From positions 32,001 through 96,000 of the forward strand of contig JAGVWE010000003.1 of the NCBI GenBank assembly GCA_018304425.1: a DNA stretch of 64,000 nucleotides, read 5' to 3'. The position numbers and the translations under genes are program-made. Origin of the DNA: Candidatus Iainarchaeum sp. GTDB lineage: Archaea; Iainarchaeota; Iainarchaeia; Iainarchaeales; UBA10219. Below the pieces are notes generated by a model. The model was not told the DNA's origin, did not search any database, and saw nothing but the letters and a program-made list of their open reading frames with translations. Every line of letters begins with the position of its first letter. Position 1 is the stretch's first letter. Positions 1 through 9,150 of the stretch are shown here, piece after piece.

Positions 1-1340
1 GCGCCAATCCCGTCGTCGAGTTCCTCTCTTTGCAGGTGCCTGGAAGCAATCAATTCGTCCAAGGTGCTCATGTCGATGCCGTAAAAGCAGGGTGCGACGA
101 TGGGGGGACAGGAGACGCGGACGTGGATTTCGCGGGGATGCCCTTTCTCGCGGATGTAGGTCAGGAGCTCGCGGCTGGTCGTGCCCCGCACGATGCTGTC
201 CTCGACGAGGATGACCTTCTTTCCTTTCACGACCTGCTTGATGACCATGTACTTTTCCTTGACCCGTTCCAGGCGGTCGTGGGACTCGATGAAAGTCCGG
301 CCCACGTAGCGGTTCCTGAGCAGCCCCTCCTTGGAGGGCAGGCCCAGGGTGTTGGCGTAGGCGTCCGCCGCAGGCTTCGCCGTGTCGGGAACCCCGACCA
401 CGACGTAATCGTCGTCGCTCTTGACGTCCAGGGGCTCTATTTTGGCGAGTTCCTGGCCCATGGCCCACCGCGCCTCGTACACGCTTCGGCCGTCCAAGAC
501 CGAGCCCGCGTTGGCGAAGTACACGTACTCGAACATGCAGTGCGCGTTGCGCGGGGATTTCGCGAAGCGCTTGACTTCCTTGGAACCGTTTTCGACCAGC
601 AGCATCTCCCCGGGCTTCAGGTCCCTGATGCCGTTCTGCACGTAGTTCACCAACGCAACGGATTCGCTGGCCGCGCCCGTGAAGCCCTCGTGGGAGGCGA
701 ACACGAGGGGCTTGATGCCGTAGGGGGCGCGCACGGCCGCGATATCGCCTTCCGCGTTGAGGTAGACGATGGAGTAGGAGCCGTCGAATTTCTCGGAGAC
801 GTTGGCGAAGGCGGCCGGGAGGTCCAGCTTTTGCTCGCCGATGAATTGCTTGGCGAGGAAGTGCTGGATGATTTCGGTGTCGGTGTTGAGCGTGATGTGG
901 TATTTCTGGGCTTCAAGTTCGGCTTTGAGTTCCGCGTAATTCGCGAGGTTGCCGTTGAACGCGATGCTGAACCACTTCCACACGCGGCCGTGCTTGCGCT
1001 CGAAGGGCTGCGCATATTCCACGCTGTCCGAGCCGCAGGTCGCGTAGCGGATGTGGCCAATTCCTTTGGACCCGGAAAAGTCCCGCAGGAGGCGCAGCAT
1101 CTTGTCGGGTTCCCTGGAGCGGAAGACCTCGTTGACGATGCCCAGGCGCTTGTGCGTGTTCAGGAGCAGGGGCCGCTCCGCGTTATAAGTCGTGATGCCC
1201 GCCGACAATTGACCGCGGTTCTGCTGGGCGAGCAGCATCTTGTACAAGTAGAAGGCCGCGCCTCCGGTGGGCCAGTCCTTGGGCTTGCCGCCGAGCGATA
1301 CGGCTGCGACGGCACAGTTTTCCGTTGGCTCACCGGACAT
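1..1340 (-). CDS. purF: Amidophosphoribosyltransferase (3' end runs off the window)
   Basis: Translated by hand, not in the ORF track: MSGEPTEN-CAVAAV (propeptide then Cys1), GIGHIRYAT, FNGNLAN, CMFEYVYF, LVEDSIVRGTT (PRPP motif), SCPPIVAPCFYGIDM. Confidence 0.95.
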   Translation of the reverse strand, partial: MSGEPTENCAVAAVSLGGKPKDWPTGGAAFYLYKMLLAQQNRGQLSAGITTYNAERPLLLNTHKRLGIVNEVFRSREPDKMLRLLRDFSGSKGIGHIRYATCGSDSVEYAQPFERKHGRVWKWFSIAFNGNLANYAELKAELEAQKYHITLNTDTEIIQHFLAKQFIGEQKLDLPAAFANVSEKFDGSYSIVYLNAEGDIAAVRAPYGIKPLVFASHEGFTGAASESVALVNYVQNGIRDLKPGEMLLVENGSKEVKRFAKSPRNAHCMFEYVYFANAGSVLDGRSVYEARWAMGQELAKIEPLDVKSDDDYVVVGVPDTAKPAADAYANTLGLPSKEGLLRNRYVGRTFIESHDRLERVKEKYMVIKQVVKGKKVILVEDSIVRGTTSRELLTYIREKGHPREIHVRVSCPPIVAPCFYGIDMSTLDELIASRHLQREELDDGIG

Positions 1341-1437
1341 GAAGCAATGTCCCCGCGTATGGAACTGAGTGCAAACAAGTATTTATATTTATTATTCCAG
1401 TTGAATCTAGTACGGGTTGGATGTGGGGGAGAAATGC

Positions 1438-1920
1438 ATGCATTTCGTCGAGGTAGGGTGCAAGCCAGGGGTCAGGGACGTGCTGGGCCAGGCCGTCAAG
1501 GCCCGCCTCGAAGAAGACTTGTCCGCAGGAGTTAAAGGCCTCCGGAGGGTTGCTTTTATCGACGTTTACCGCCTGGAATGCCTTTTGTCGCCCCAGGAAG
1601 CCGAAAGGATCGGGGCCGAGCTCTTGCGCGACCCCATTACCCAGGTGTTTGCCGTGGACCAGCCGGTGGAAGGGGGCTTTGACTGGAGTGTTACGGTGAG
1701 CCTCCACCAGAATGTTACGGACAACGTGGGCATCGCGGCCAGGGAAGGCATTGAAGACCTCCTGGGCCGGAAGCTGGACGAAGGCGAGCGCCTCCACTAC
1801 GACCGGAAATACCTGTTCTGGGGCGACCTCACCGAGGCCCAGGTGAGGGACCTGGCTGGAAAGGCCTTGGCCAATGATTTCCTCGAGCATTGCCGGGTGG
1901 AGCGCGGCAGCCATGCCTGA
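1438..1920 (+). CDS. purS: Tandem (double-domain) PurS-like FGAM synthase subunit
   Basis: Two PurS-like repeats (VEVGCKPGVRDVLG...LLRDPITQ and VTVSLHQNVTDNVG...LANDFLE). Its stop overlaps the purL start. Confidence 0.7.
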   Translation: MHFVEVGCKPGVRDVLGQAVKARLEEDLSAGVKGLRRVAFIDVYRLECLLSPQEAERIGAELLRDPITQVFAVDQPVEGGFDWSVTVSLHQNVTDNVGIAAREGIEDLLGRKLDEGERLHYDRKYLFWGDLTEAQVRDLAGKALANDFLEHCRVERGSHA

Positions 1921-4306
1921 ACTTCGCGTGCTCGACCGGAAGCCCGCTGACCTGGTGCGGCTGGGCAAGGAAGCGCAACTCCACCTAAACGAAGGGGAGT
2001 TCGCCGCCATCCAGAAATACTTCGAGCGCCTGGGACGCGAGCCCACGCAACTGGAACTGGAGACGATTGCCCAGACCTGGAGCGAGCACTGCAAGCACAA
2101 GGTGTTCAACGGCGTCATCGAGTACGTGGACGAGCGCGGCCACAAGGAAATCATCGACAACCTCTTCAAGCGCACCATCCGGAAGGCGACGGAGCGGGTG
2201 GCAGGGGAAGTCGGCTGGCTGGTGTCCGTCTTCAAGGACAACGCGGGCATCATTGCCTTCAATTCATCCCACCACGCCTGCATGAAAGTGGAAACGCATA
2301 ACCATCCCAGCGCCCTGGACCCCTACGGGGGAGCGAACACGGGCCTGGGGGGAGTCATCCGCGACGTGCTGGGCTGCGGCCTGGGCGCGAAGCCGGTCGC
2401 GAACACGGATGTCTTCTGCTTTGGGTTGCCGGACCTGGCCTACAAGGACTTGCCAAGCGGCGTCCTCCACCCCAAGCGCATTGCCAAGGGCGTGCGGGAG
2501 GGCGTGCGCGACTACGGCAACCGCATTGGGATTCCGACTGTGAACGGGGCCATCCTCTTCGATGCCAGGTACACGTGCAATCCCCTGGTCTACTGCGGCA
2601 CGGTGGGCGTGCTGCCCAAGGGCATGGAGTCAAAGCAGGCCAGGCCCGGCGACAAAATCGTTGCCATCGGGGGCCGGACCGGGCGCGACGGCATCCATGG
2701 CGCCACCTTTTCCTCCGCGGAACTGGACGAAAGTGTGTCCACCAGCGTGGTGCAAATCGGCAACGCCATCGAGGAAAAAAAGTTCTTGGACGTCCTCTTG
2801 AAAGCACGTGACCTCCGCTTGTACTCGAGCCTCACCGACTGCGGGGCCGGAGGCTTTTCGAGCGCGGTCGGGGAGATGGGCGCTGATTGCGGGGCACGCG
2901 TCGACCTCGAAAAGGCGCCGTTGAAGTACGCGGGCATGCAGTCCTGGGAAATCTGGGTCAGCGAGAGCCAGGAACGCATGGTGCTGGCCGTGCCTCCCGG
3001 GAACGTCGAGCGGCTCGTGAAATTGTTCGCGGACGAGGACGTGGAAGCCAGCGTCATCGGCGAGTTCACGGATGACCGGTTACTGAGCGTCCACCATGGC
3101 GGGCAATTGGCCGGGCAACTGGACATGGCTTTCCTGCACCGGGGCAACCCGCGGCTCGAGCAGAAGGCATCCTGGAAGCCCAAGCCCTTCGAGGAGCCCG
3201 TCTTTTCGGAGCCCAAAAACCTGGGAAGCCTGCTGAAGCGATTGCTGGCCGCCCCGAATATTGCCTCCAAGGAGACGACCATCCGCCAGTACGACCACGA
3301 AGTGCAGGGAGGTTCCGTCTTGAAGCCGCTGGTGGGAGCGGACCTGGATGGCCCGGGGGATGCCGCCATCATGCGGCCCTTCTTCGACGGCTGGGCGGGT
3401 TTGGCGGTTTCCAATGGCATCAACCCCTTGTATGGGGACATCGACCCCTATTGGATGGCGGCTTCCGCGATTGACGAAGCCCTGCGGAACCTGGTCGCGG
3501 TGGGCTGTTCCCTGGAACGGGTGGCCTTGTTGGACAACTTTTGCTGGGGCAACCCAAAAGACGAGGCAAAGCTCGGCGAACTCGTGCGCGCCGCGAAAGC
3601 CTGCCACGACGTGGCCGTGGCCTTCAAAACCCCTTTCATCTCGGGCAAGGACTCCTTCCACAACGAGTACACGGTGGGAGGCAAGACCGTTTCCATTCCC
3701 TCAACCCTCTTGATTTCCGCGTTGGGCGTCATGGGGGACGTGCGGCAACGGGTGTCCATGGACTTCAAGCAAAAAGGCAATCCCCTCTACGTCGTGGGAA
3801 AAACGTTCCAGGAACTGGGCGGCAGCCACTATTATCGGCTGCAGGGTGCGGTGGGGCGAAGCGTGCCCAGACTGGTGGTTGCCAGGGCCCGGAAACAGTA
3901 TGCGGGGCTGGCGAAGGCTGCCGCAATTGGGGTGGGGAAGAAAAACCGCGACCGCGTGGTGCGCGCCATGCATGACTGCAGCGAGGGCGGCCTGGGCGTG
4001 GCATTGGCGGAGATGGCGTTTGCCGGCGGGCTGGGCTGTGAAATCGACCTGCGAAAGCTCCCACGCGAGGGCGTGGAACGGAATGACTACGCGTTGTTCA
4101 GCGAGAGCAACGCGCGCCACCTCGTGGAAGTCAACAAGTCAAAGCGAACGGCCTTCGAGCGGCTGCTCAGGGGAACCGATTTCGCCTGCATTGGCCGGGT
4201 GACGGGCCCTGGGCGGCTGGTGGTAAAAGGCCTGCAGGGAGAAACCGTGCTGGACGAGGACGGCAAGGCATTGAAGAAGGCATGGAAGGGGACGCTGAAC
4301 TGGTGA
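1913..4306 (+). CDS. purL: Phosphoribosylformylglycinamidine synthase subunit PurL
   Basis: QTWSEHCKHK, KVETHNHPS, DCGAGG, SESQERM, FISGKDS and HDCSEGG motifs. Confidence 0.97.
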   Translation: MPELRVLDRKPADLVRLGKEAQLHLNEGEFAAIQKYFERLGREPTQLELETIAQTWSEHCKHKVFNGVIEYVDERGHKEIIDNLFKRTIRKATERVAGEVGWLVSVFKDNAGIIAFNSSHHACMKVETHNHPSALDPYGGANTGLGGVIRDVLGCGLGAKPVANTDVFCFGLPDLAYKDLPSGVLHPKRIAKGVREGVRDYGNRIGIPTVNGAILFDARYTCNPLVYCGTVGVLPKGMESKQARPGDKIVAIGGRTGRDGIHGATFSSAELDESVSTSVVQIGNAIEEKKFLDVLLKARDLRLYSSLTDCGAGGFSSAVGEMGADCGARVDLEKAPLKYAGMQSWEIWVSESQERMVLAVPPGNVERLVKLFADEDVEASVIGEFTDDRLLSVHHGGQLAGQLDMAFLHRGNPRLEQKASWKPKPFEEPVFSEPKNLGSLLKRLLAAPNIASKETTIRQYDHEVQGGSVLKPLVGADLDGPGDAAIMRPFFDGWAGLAVSNGINPLYGDIDPYWMAASAIDEALRNLVAVGCSLERVALLDNFCWGNPKDEAKLGELVRAAKACHDVAVAFKTPFISGKDSFHNEYTVGGKTVSIPSTLLISALGVMGDVRQRVSMDFKQKGNPLYVVGKTFQELGGSHYYRLQGAVGRSVPRLVVARARKQYAGLAKAAAIGVGKKNRDRVVRAMHDCSEGGLGVALAEMAFAGGLGCEIDLRKLPREGVERNDYALFSESNARHLVEVNKSKRTAFERLLRGTDFACIGRVTGPGRLVVKGLQGETVLDEDGKALKKAWKGTLNW

Positions 4307-4311
4307 AAATC

Positions 4312-5076
4312 ATGGCGGAATTCAAGGCAATGGTGTTGAAGACGGCGGGAACCAATTGCGATTTCGAGACGGCCGAGGCCCTGCGGTTGGCGGGTTTTTC
4401 GCCGGAAACCATGCACGTCAACGAACTCATCCGCGGCGGGAAAAACCTGCGCGACTACCGCTTCCTGGTGTTGCCGGGCGGCTTTTCCCACGGGGACTAC
4501 ATCGCATCGGGGAAAATTTTGGCCAATAAGCTCAAATACCGGCTCGGCGAAGACGTTCCCCGGTTCATCGAGGAGGGCAACCTCGTGCTGGGCATCTGCA
4601 ACGGCTTCCAGACCCTGGTGAAGGCCGGGCTGCTGCCGGGCTTTGACGGGAACTACAAGCGGCAGGACGTGACCCTGACGTTCAACGACTCCGGGCACTT
4701 CCAGGACGAGTGGATCGAGTTGAAGAACGTGAACAAGGGCCGGTGCGTGTTCTCGAAGGGCCTCCGGAAAACCATCCACTGCCCCATCAACCACGGGGAA
4801 GGGAAATTCATTCCCGGAAGCCGGAAGGTGCTGGCGCGGCTGCACGAACAGGACCAGGTGGTGTTCAAGTACGCGGGCAGGAACCCCAACGGGTCTTTGG
4901 ACGACATCGCCGGCATCTGCGACGAAACCGGGCGGGTGCTGGGCTTGATGCCGCACTGCGAGAAAAACCTTTTCTCCGTGAACGACCCGCGGAGCACGCG
5001 CCTGGACCTGCCAGTCGAGGGAGAGGGCACGGCGATTTTCAGGAAGGCGTTCGAGTTCGTGAAAAAAAGGAAATAA
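4312..5076 (+). CDS. purQ: FGAM synthase glutaminase subunit PurQ
   Basis: GTNCD, PGGFSHGD, GICNGFQ, HGEG and MPHCE motifs. The GGTGA SD overlaps the purL stop. Confidence 0.95.
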   Translation: MAEFKAMVLKTAGTNCDFETAEALRLAGFSPETMHVNELIRGGKNLRDYRFLVLPGGFSHGDYIASGKILANKLKYRLGEDVPRFIEEGNLVLGICNGFQTLVKAGLLPGFDGNYKRQDVTLTFNDSGHFQDEWIELKNVNKGRCVFSKGLRKTIHCPINHGEGKFIPGSRKVLARLHEQDQVVFKYAGRNPNGSLDDIAGICDETGRVLGLMPHCEKNLFSVNDPRSTRLDLPVEGEGTAIFRKAFEFVKKRK

Positions 5077-5090
5077 GCCCTGCCGTGAAT

Positions 5091-7286
5091 TCATTTCCGC
5101 AGCTTCAAGTCGAAGACCAGGCAGTCCACCTTCTTGGTTTTCTTCCCGAAGTAGAATACCATGGACTTCCGCAGGTTCCGGTAGAGCCGGAAACCCATGT
5201 TCTTGCAGATGGCAATGCCTTCCGGGTTGTTCCCTTCAAAGCCCAGGGTGACCTTCTTGATTCCCTGTTTCCTCGCGAAACCAATGGCTTCCCGCAGCAG
5301 GGCGGTCGCAATGCCCTTGCCCCTGAACTCTGGCAGCGTGGCAGTGGAGGGGATGAACAGGATGGGGCCATCTGGGACATGGGTCTGCCGCGGGTTGTCC
5401 GTAACGCAGTAGCCGTGCCGCTTCGTCCAGCGCTCGGTCAGGCAGTACCCGATGACCTGGTTGTTGACTTCGGCCGCAAAACAGCCGGCGGGGTGCAGTT
5501 CGAGCCTGGCCGCGTAATGGGACCTGGGGTCGCAGATTCCGCGGTTGAAAGCCTTTCGCTGTATTTCCACGATGCGGTCCAGGTCCCCTGATTTCGCCTT
5601 CCGGATCCTGAACGAGGCAAAGTACTGGCGGACCAGGACGCGCACGATGTTGGACTTGAAGGAATCCCGCTCGGTTCTCGCCACCCGCCCAGCCGCCGCG
5701 GGGATGTGTCCGCCGGCGGAGCCCAGCTCCAGGCCCTGCACGGCTTCCTCCAGCAGGTCGTTGACCTTCACCTTGAAGTCCTGCCGCCGCCCCGAAAAGC
5801 GGAGCAGCTTGTCGCCCTTGTCCTGGATGAGGATGAGCGTCTGCCGGGGGAACAACTGGGTGCTGAGCTTGTTGACCAAGGCGGACTTTATCTCGTACCC
5901 TGACTTTATTTCGTAGAATATGAGGTCGAGTTCGGGGATGAATTCCGCTTTCTGGCGGACGCCCGAGTAAAGCCGCCCGATCTCGCGCTCGAAGGTCTTC
6001 TTGTACCGCATGAACTGGCTTCGCAGGACTTCCCGCCAGTTCCGCGCGCAATAGAATTCCCTGAACAGCCGGGGGAACTCCTTCGGGGCCAGGGACTCGA
6101 CCGAGGAAATGAGTTCCTTGAGTTCGAGGAGCTTTTCAAGCGGCACCTTGTTCCGGTGGCAGGTGTCCTTGATGAACTTCCGCCAGGTGCGAAGGCCCAT
6201 GTCCGCCAGCACGCCGATGGCCGAAATCCAGTCGGTTTCCCGCACGTCGATGACCTGGTTCATGCAGTCGAAGACGAGTTTGGCGGCCGGGTACTTGCTG
6301 CCATCCAAAGCAGAAAGGTACTGGGCCTTGATGAAGATGACTCTTCCGGATGCCAGGTCCTGGTAGATTTTGTGGTGGTCGAAGACCACGAACTGGATGT
6401 TCTTCGGGGCCTCCTCGATGAGCACGGGGTTGGAGTCGATGCCGATGTCGGAAACAATCACCTTGTTGATGTCGTGCTTGACGAGGAGGGGGATTATCTT
6501 TTCCCGCGTCTCGCGGTCCGAGTAGCCGGAGGGAATCTCCAACTCGGCCGGCCTGCCCCGCAGTTTCTCGATGGCGCGGTTGAGGATGCAGGCCGAGGTC
6601 AGGCCATCCGCGTCCAAGTGGTGGACGAGCGCAATGCGGTCCTCCCGGCGGAGGTGGTACATGAAGGTCGTGAGGCGCCCCAAGAGCTTCCGCGCATCCA
6701 GTTGCTTGGGAATCTTGTCCTTTATCTGGCTGCCCAGCCTCAAATCGAGTTCAAAGACCAGGCCGTCCACGGGCTCCCGGTGCAGGGGCTTGAAAAAACC
6801 GGGCACCGTTTTCTTGAGCTTGAACCGGAATTTCGAGTAAAACCCGTGCGCGCGCTTCTGCGTGCGCCGCGAAACCAGCAAGGCCTTCGAGCAATGGTGC
6901 CTGCGTGCAAGGTCCAGCAAGGCGTGCATGAGCTTGGTTCCAATCCCCTTGGCCTGGTGGTCGGGATGCACGGCCACCACGTGAATGTACATGATTTGGC
7001 CGCTGGAGACATGCCGGCCTCGAATGGGTTGGCCGGCTTCCAGGGGATGCATTTCATCCCAAAACTCGGCGCTGAGGTAACCCAAAATCTGGCCCTCCTC
7101 CTCGTATGCGAGGAAGCCATCCCGAAAGGCTTTAAGGCGCTTCCGGAGGGTTTCGCGGCTGTCGGCGATGCCAGGCGGAAAGATGAGGCGCTCGAGCCCG
7201 GCCAGTTGCTTCAAGTCCGTTTCCCGCGCCCGCCTCACCGGCGATACATAGGCGTATCCCGTTGCATGGTCTTTCAACTGGCTCAC
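5091..7286 (-). CDS. GNAT - DHH/DHHA1 phosphoesterase (RecJ-like) - GNAT fusion protein
   Basis: N-terminal GNAT (VAVHPDHQAKGIG), central HHLDADG, SDIG, FDHH and AGGHIPAAAG, C-terminal GNAT (TLPEFRGKGIA). Confidence 0.85.
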   Translation of the reverse strand: MSQLKDHATGYAYVSPVRRARETDLKQLAGLERLIFPPGIADSRETLRKRLKAFRDGFLAYEEEGQILGYLSAEFWDEMHPLEAGQPIRGRHVSSGQIMYIHVVAVHPDHQAKGIGTKLMHALLDLARRHHCSKALLVSRRTQKRAHGFYSKFRFKLKKTVPGFFKPLHREPVDGLVFELDLRLGSQIKDKIPKQLDARKLLGRLTTFMYHLRREDRIALVHHLDADGLTSACILNRAIEKLRGRPAELEIPSGYSDRETREKIIPLLVKHDINKVIVSDIGIDSNPVLIEEAPKNIQFVVFDHHKIYQDLASGRVIFIKAQYLSALDGSKYPAAKLVFDCMNQVIDVRETDWISAIGVLADMGLRTWRKFIKDTCHRNKVPLEKLLELKELISSVESLAPKEFPRLFREFYCARNWREVLRSQFMRYKKTFEREIGRLYSGVRQKAEFIPELDLIFYEIKSGYEIKSALVNKLSTQLFPRQTLILIQDKGDKLLRFSGRRQDFKVKVNDLLEEAVQGLELGSAGGHIPAAAGRVARTERDSFKSNIVRVLVRQYFASFRIRKAKSGDLDRIVEIQRKAFNRGICDPRSHYAARLELHPAGCFAAEVNNQVIGYCLTERWTKRHGYCVTDNPRQTHVPDGPILFIPSTATLPEFRGKGIATALLREAIGFARKQGIKKVTLGFEGNNPEGIAICKNMGFRLYRNLRKSMVFYFGKKTKKVDCLVFDLKLRK

Positions 7287-7420
7287 CCCTCGCTCTCCAA
7301 GCCATCCATACTATGGTTTGAACCCCTATATAAACAATGGGTTGATTTCCTTGCCTTGCCCGGCCCAAGAAAACCTTATTAAGCTGAACCCCCATACGTT
7401 AAATCCGGTGGGTGCGGCAA

Positions 7421-7588
7421 ATGGCGTATGAACACCGGAACTCCAGGGGAAAAACCTATTACCTGCACCAGAAGGGCAGGCTATACTACTTCGCATCCAA
7501 GCAGGGGCCCAACGCCATCGACCTTCCCGAAGGCTTCAAAGTCATCGAGAACCCGAAGACCGGGCTGCCCATGCTGAAAGGCAAATGA
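7421..7588 (+). CDS. Small hypothetical protein (55 aa)
   Basis: Below the ORF-track cutoff: MAYEHRNSRGKTYYLHQKGRLYYFASKQGPNAIDLPEGFKVIENPKTGLPMLKGK. Host-like codon usage and AT-rich boxes upstream. Confidence 0.75.
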   Translation: MAYEHRNSRGKTYYLHQKGRLYYFASKQGPNAIDLPEGFKVIENPKTGLPMLKGK

Positions 7589-7595
7589 ATTACTT

Positions 7596-8423
7596 CTATT
7601 CGGCGACCTTGGAAGTGCCGAGTTCCCGAATACGCACCTCGCACAGTCTAGCCCAGGACGGCATCAGTTCCCGGATGGTAAATTCGTCCTCGGCCGCTGG
7701 CCGGCCTGCAAGCCGCTTGCCCAATGCCCGGTAACCCGCCATGAGTTGCCTCCTCTGGTTTCGGGTCAAACCGATTTTCTGCACCCACGCGAGTTGCTCC
7801 ACTTCGTAGAGCGCTCCCACCGATGCCGCCAACTCCCGGGCTTCCTTCAGCCTGGCTTCAGCCGCTTCCAGCTCCACCCGAGTCCGTGCAAGCGCCTTGG
7901 ACAGTTTCGATTCGCTCAGGCGCTCGAACAACTTGTGCTTCAGGTTAAACTCCAGGGCCTCCCGTTGAACCTTGTAGGCGTTGATTCGCTTGCGCCATAG
8001 CTCCACGTGATTCAAGAAAAAATCCTTCATGGACTCTGGTGAGGAGCCGATGGTCCAAAAACGGGAGAATTTTCGCCCAAATTCCCTGGCGTTGGCATCC
8101 GTTCCATTGTAGTCCGCCAACAGGCCGTTGGCCCTGCGCCGGAGTTGTTCCCGCGTCTCGCGCCGTTCCCGCCGCCGGCCCATGGCCCGCGCGCGGTACC
8201 GCACGTACTCTTCGTAGCCGGGCTCGAACTCGGAGTAGGCACGCGATTCAAAGGGCTTGGTCCGCAGGTCCTTGTACATGGGCCGCTTGGCCGGGGGAAG
8301 GCCTTGCTCCCGGCGCAACTGATACTGGGCGCGGTAACGGGCCAGCCTCCTGCGCTGCACGAGGCGAAAATAGTTGCCCCGCTCCATCAAGGTGGGCTTC
8401 CGCCTGGGTGCCGGGCTTACCAT
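7596..8423 (-). CDS. Arg-rich helical hypothetical protein
   Basis: ATG 8423 lies about 23 nt from TTTATAAA (8446-8453). Starts MVSPAPRRKP and has a coiled-coil-like region. Confidence 0.7.
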   Translation of the reverse strand: MVSPAPRRKPTLMERGNYFRLVQRRRLARYRAQYQLRREQGLPPAKRPMYKDLRTKPFESRAYSEFEPGYEEYVRYRARAMGRRRERRETREQLRRRANGLLADYNGTDANAREFGRKFSRFWTIGSSPESMKDFFLNHVELWRKRINAYKVQREALEFNLKHKLFERLSESKLSKALARTRVELEAAEARLKEARELAASVGALYEVEQLAWVQKIGLTRNQRRQLMAGYRALGKRLAGRPAAEDEFTIRELMPSWARLCEVRIRELGTSKVAE

Positions 8424-8490
8424 AACCGATATACGGCGTTTCCGGTTTATAAACTTGCCTGGCCCCGTTCCTCGTCCATTGGCTGGAAGA

Positions 8491-9099
8491 TTACGCGGTG
8501 CCACTACTGAACTTTTTTATTTCCGAAGTTAGATAACCTTCAAGCAAGGCGAGCAAGCCGTGCGGATAGTCCGATCCACGGAGCCTCCCAGCATTGACTT
8601 CGGCGCGGTGTTGCCTGAATGCATTCAAGGCACGTTGAAAGAGTTCGGCCACGCTTTTTCGTTGTGGGCGAAGAAGCCCAGCTGGATCCAAGCCAGGGCC
8701 CTGTCGGAAATAGTCCAGGTCAGCAAATACCGCCTTCATTTCCCCTGCAAAGGCGGCACTTGCTCTTGCCATCGTTATGCCCTGCCTGGCTGCCTCAATT
8801 TCTGCTGGGGGGCGGCCCTCAAGGGATGCAAGCTGATTAAACAGCTCGGCTTTGGCCACTTCGTGTTCTCCTCTTATGCGCTCCATGTCGAAAAATTCGT
8901 GCCACATCACGGAATGCACGTTCGTTCCCGCTTGCAAAATGCCACTCGCAATGGATCCCGTGAGGTGCCTTGCATTGGCCAAGTCACGTTGAAGCCCGCC
9001 AACCGCACGCCATTTCTCATCAATCAACTGTTGCGTGCGAGGGTTAGCTCTTCTCGGCCTTCCCCTCCTTGGATCCTCAGGCCTCCGCTCTAACGGCAT
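8491..9099 (-). CDS. Hypothetical protein, paralog of 9151-9771
   Basis: Starts MPLERRPEDPRRGRPRR. The C-terminal half aligns by eye with the neighbouring ORF. TATA box at 9121-9128. Confidence 0.75.
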   Translation of the reverse strand: MPLERRPEDPRRGRPRRANPRTQQLIDEKWRAVGGLQRDLANARHLTGSIASGILQAGTNVHSVMWHEFFDMERIRGEHEVAKAELFNQLASLEGRPPAEIEAARQGITMARASAAFAGEMKAVFADLDYFRQGPGLDPAGLLRPQRKSVAELFQRALNAFRQHRAEVNAGRLRGSDYPHGLLALLEGYLTSEIKKFSSGTA

Positions 9100-9150
9100 A
9101 AAAGAATTGCCGCTGACCAATTTAAATAGTTTCCAGTCGCCGTAATCCGG

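Noticed and set aside
30-1535. 501-aa plus-strand ORF, and similar long ORFs at 6156-7382, 13099-14736, 31363-33126, 34727-37234, 51858-53507 and 60868-62496
   Set aside because: Antisense shadows of real genes, caused by high GC at third codon positions; no recognisable motifs.
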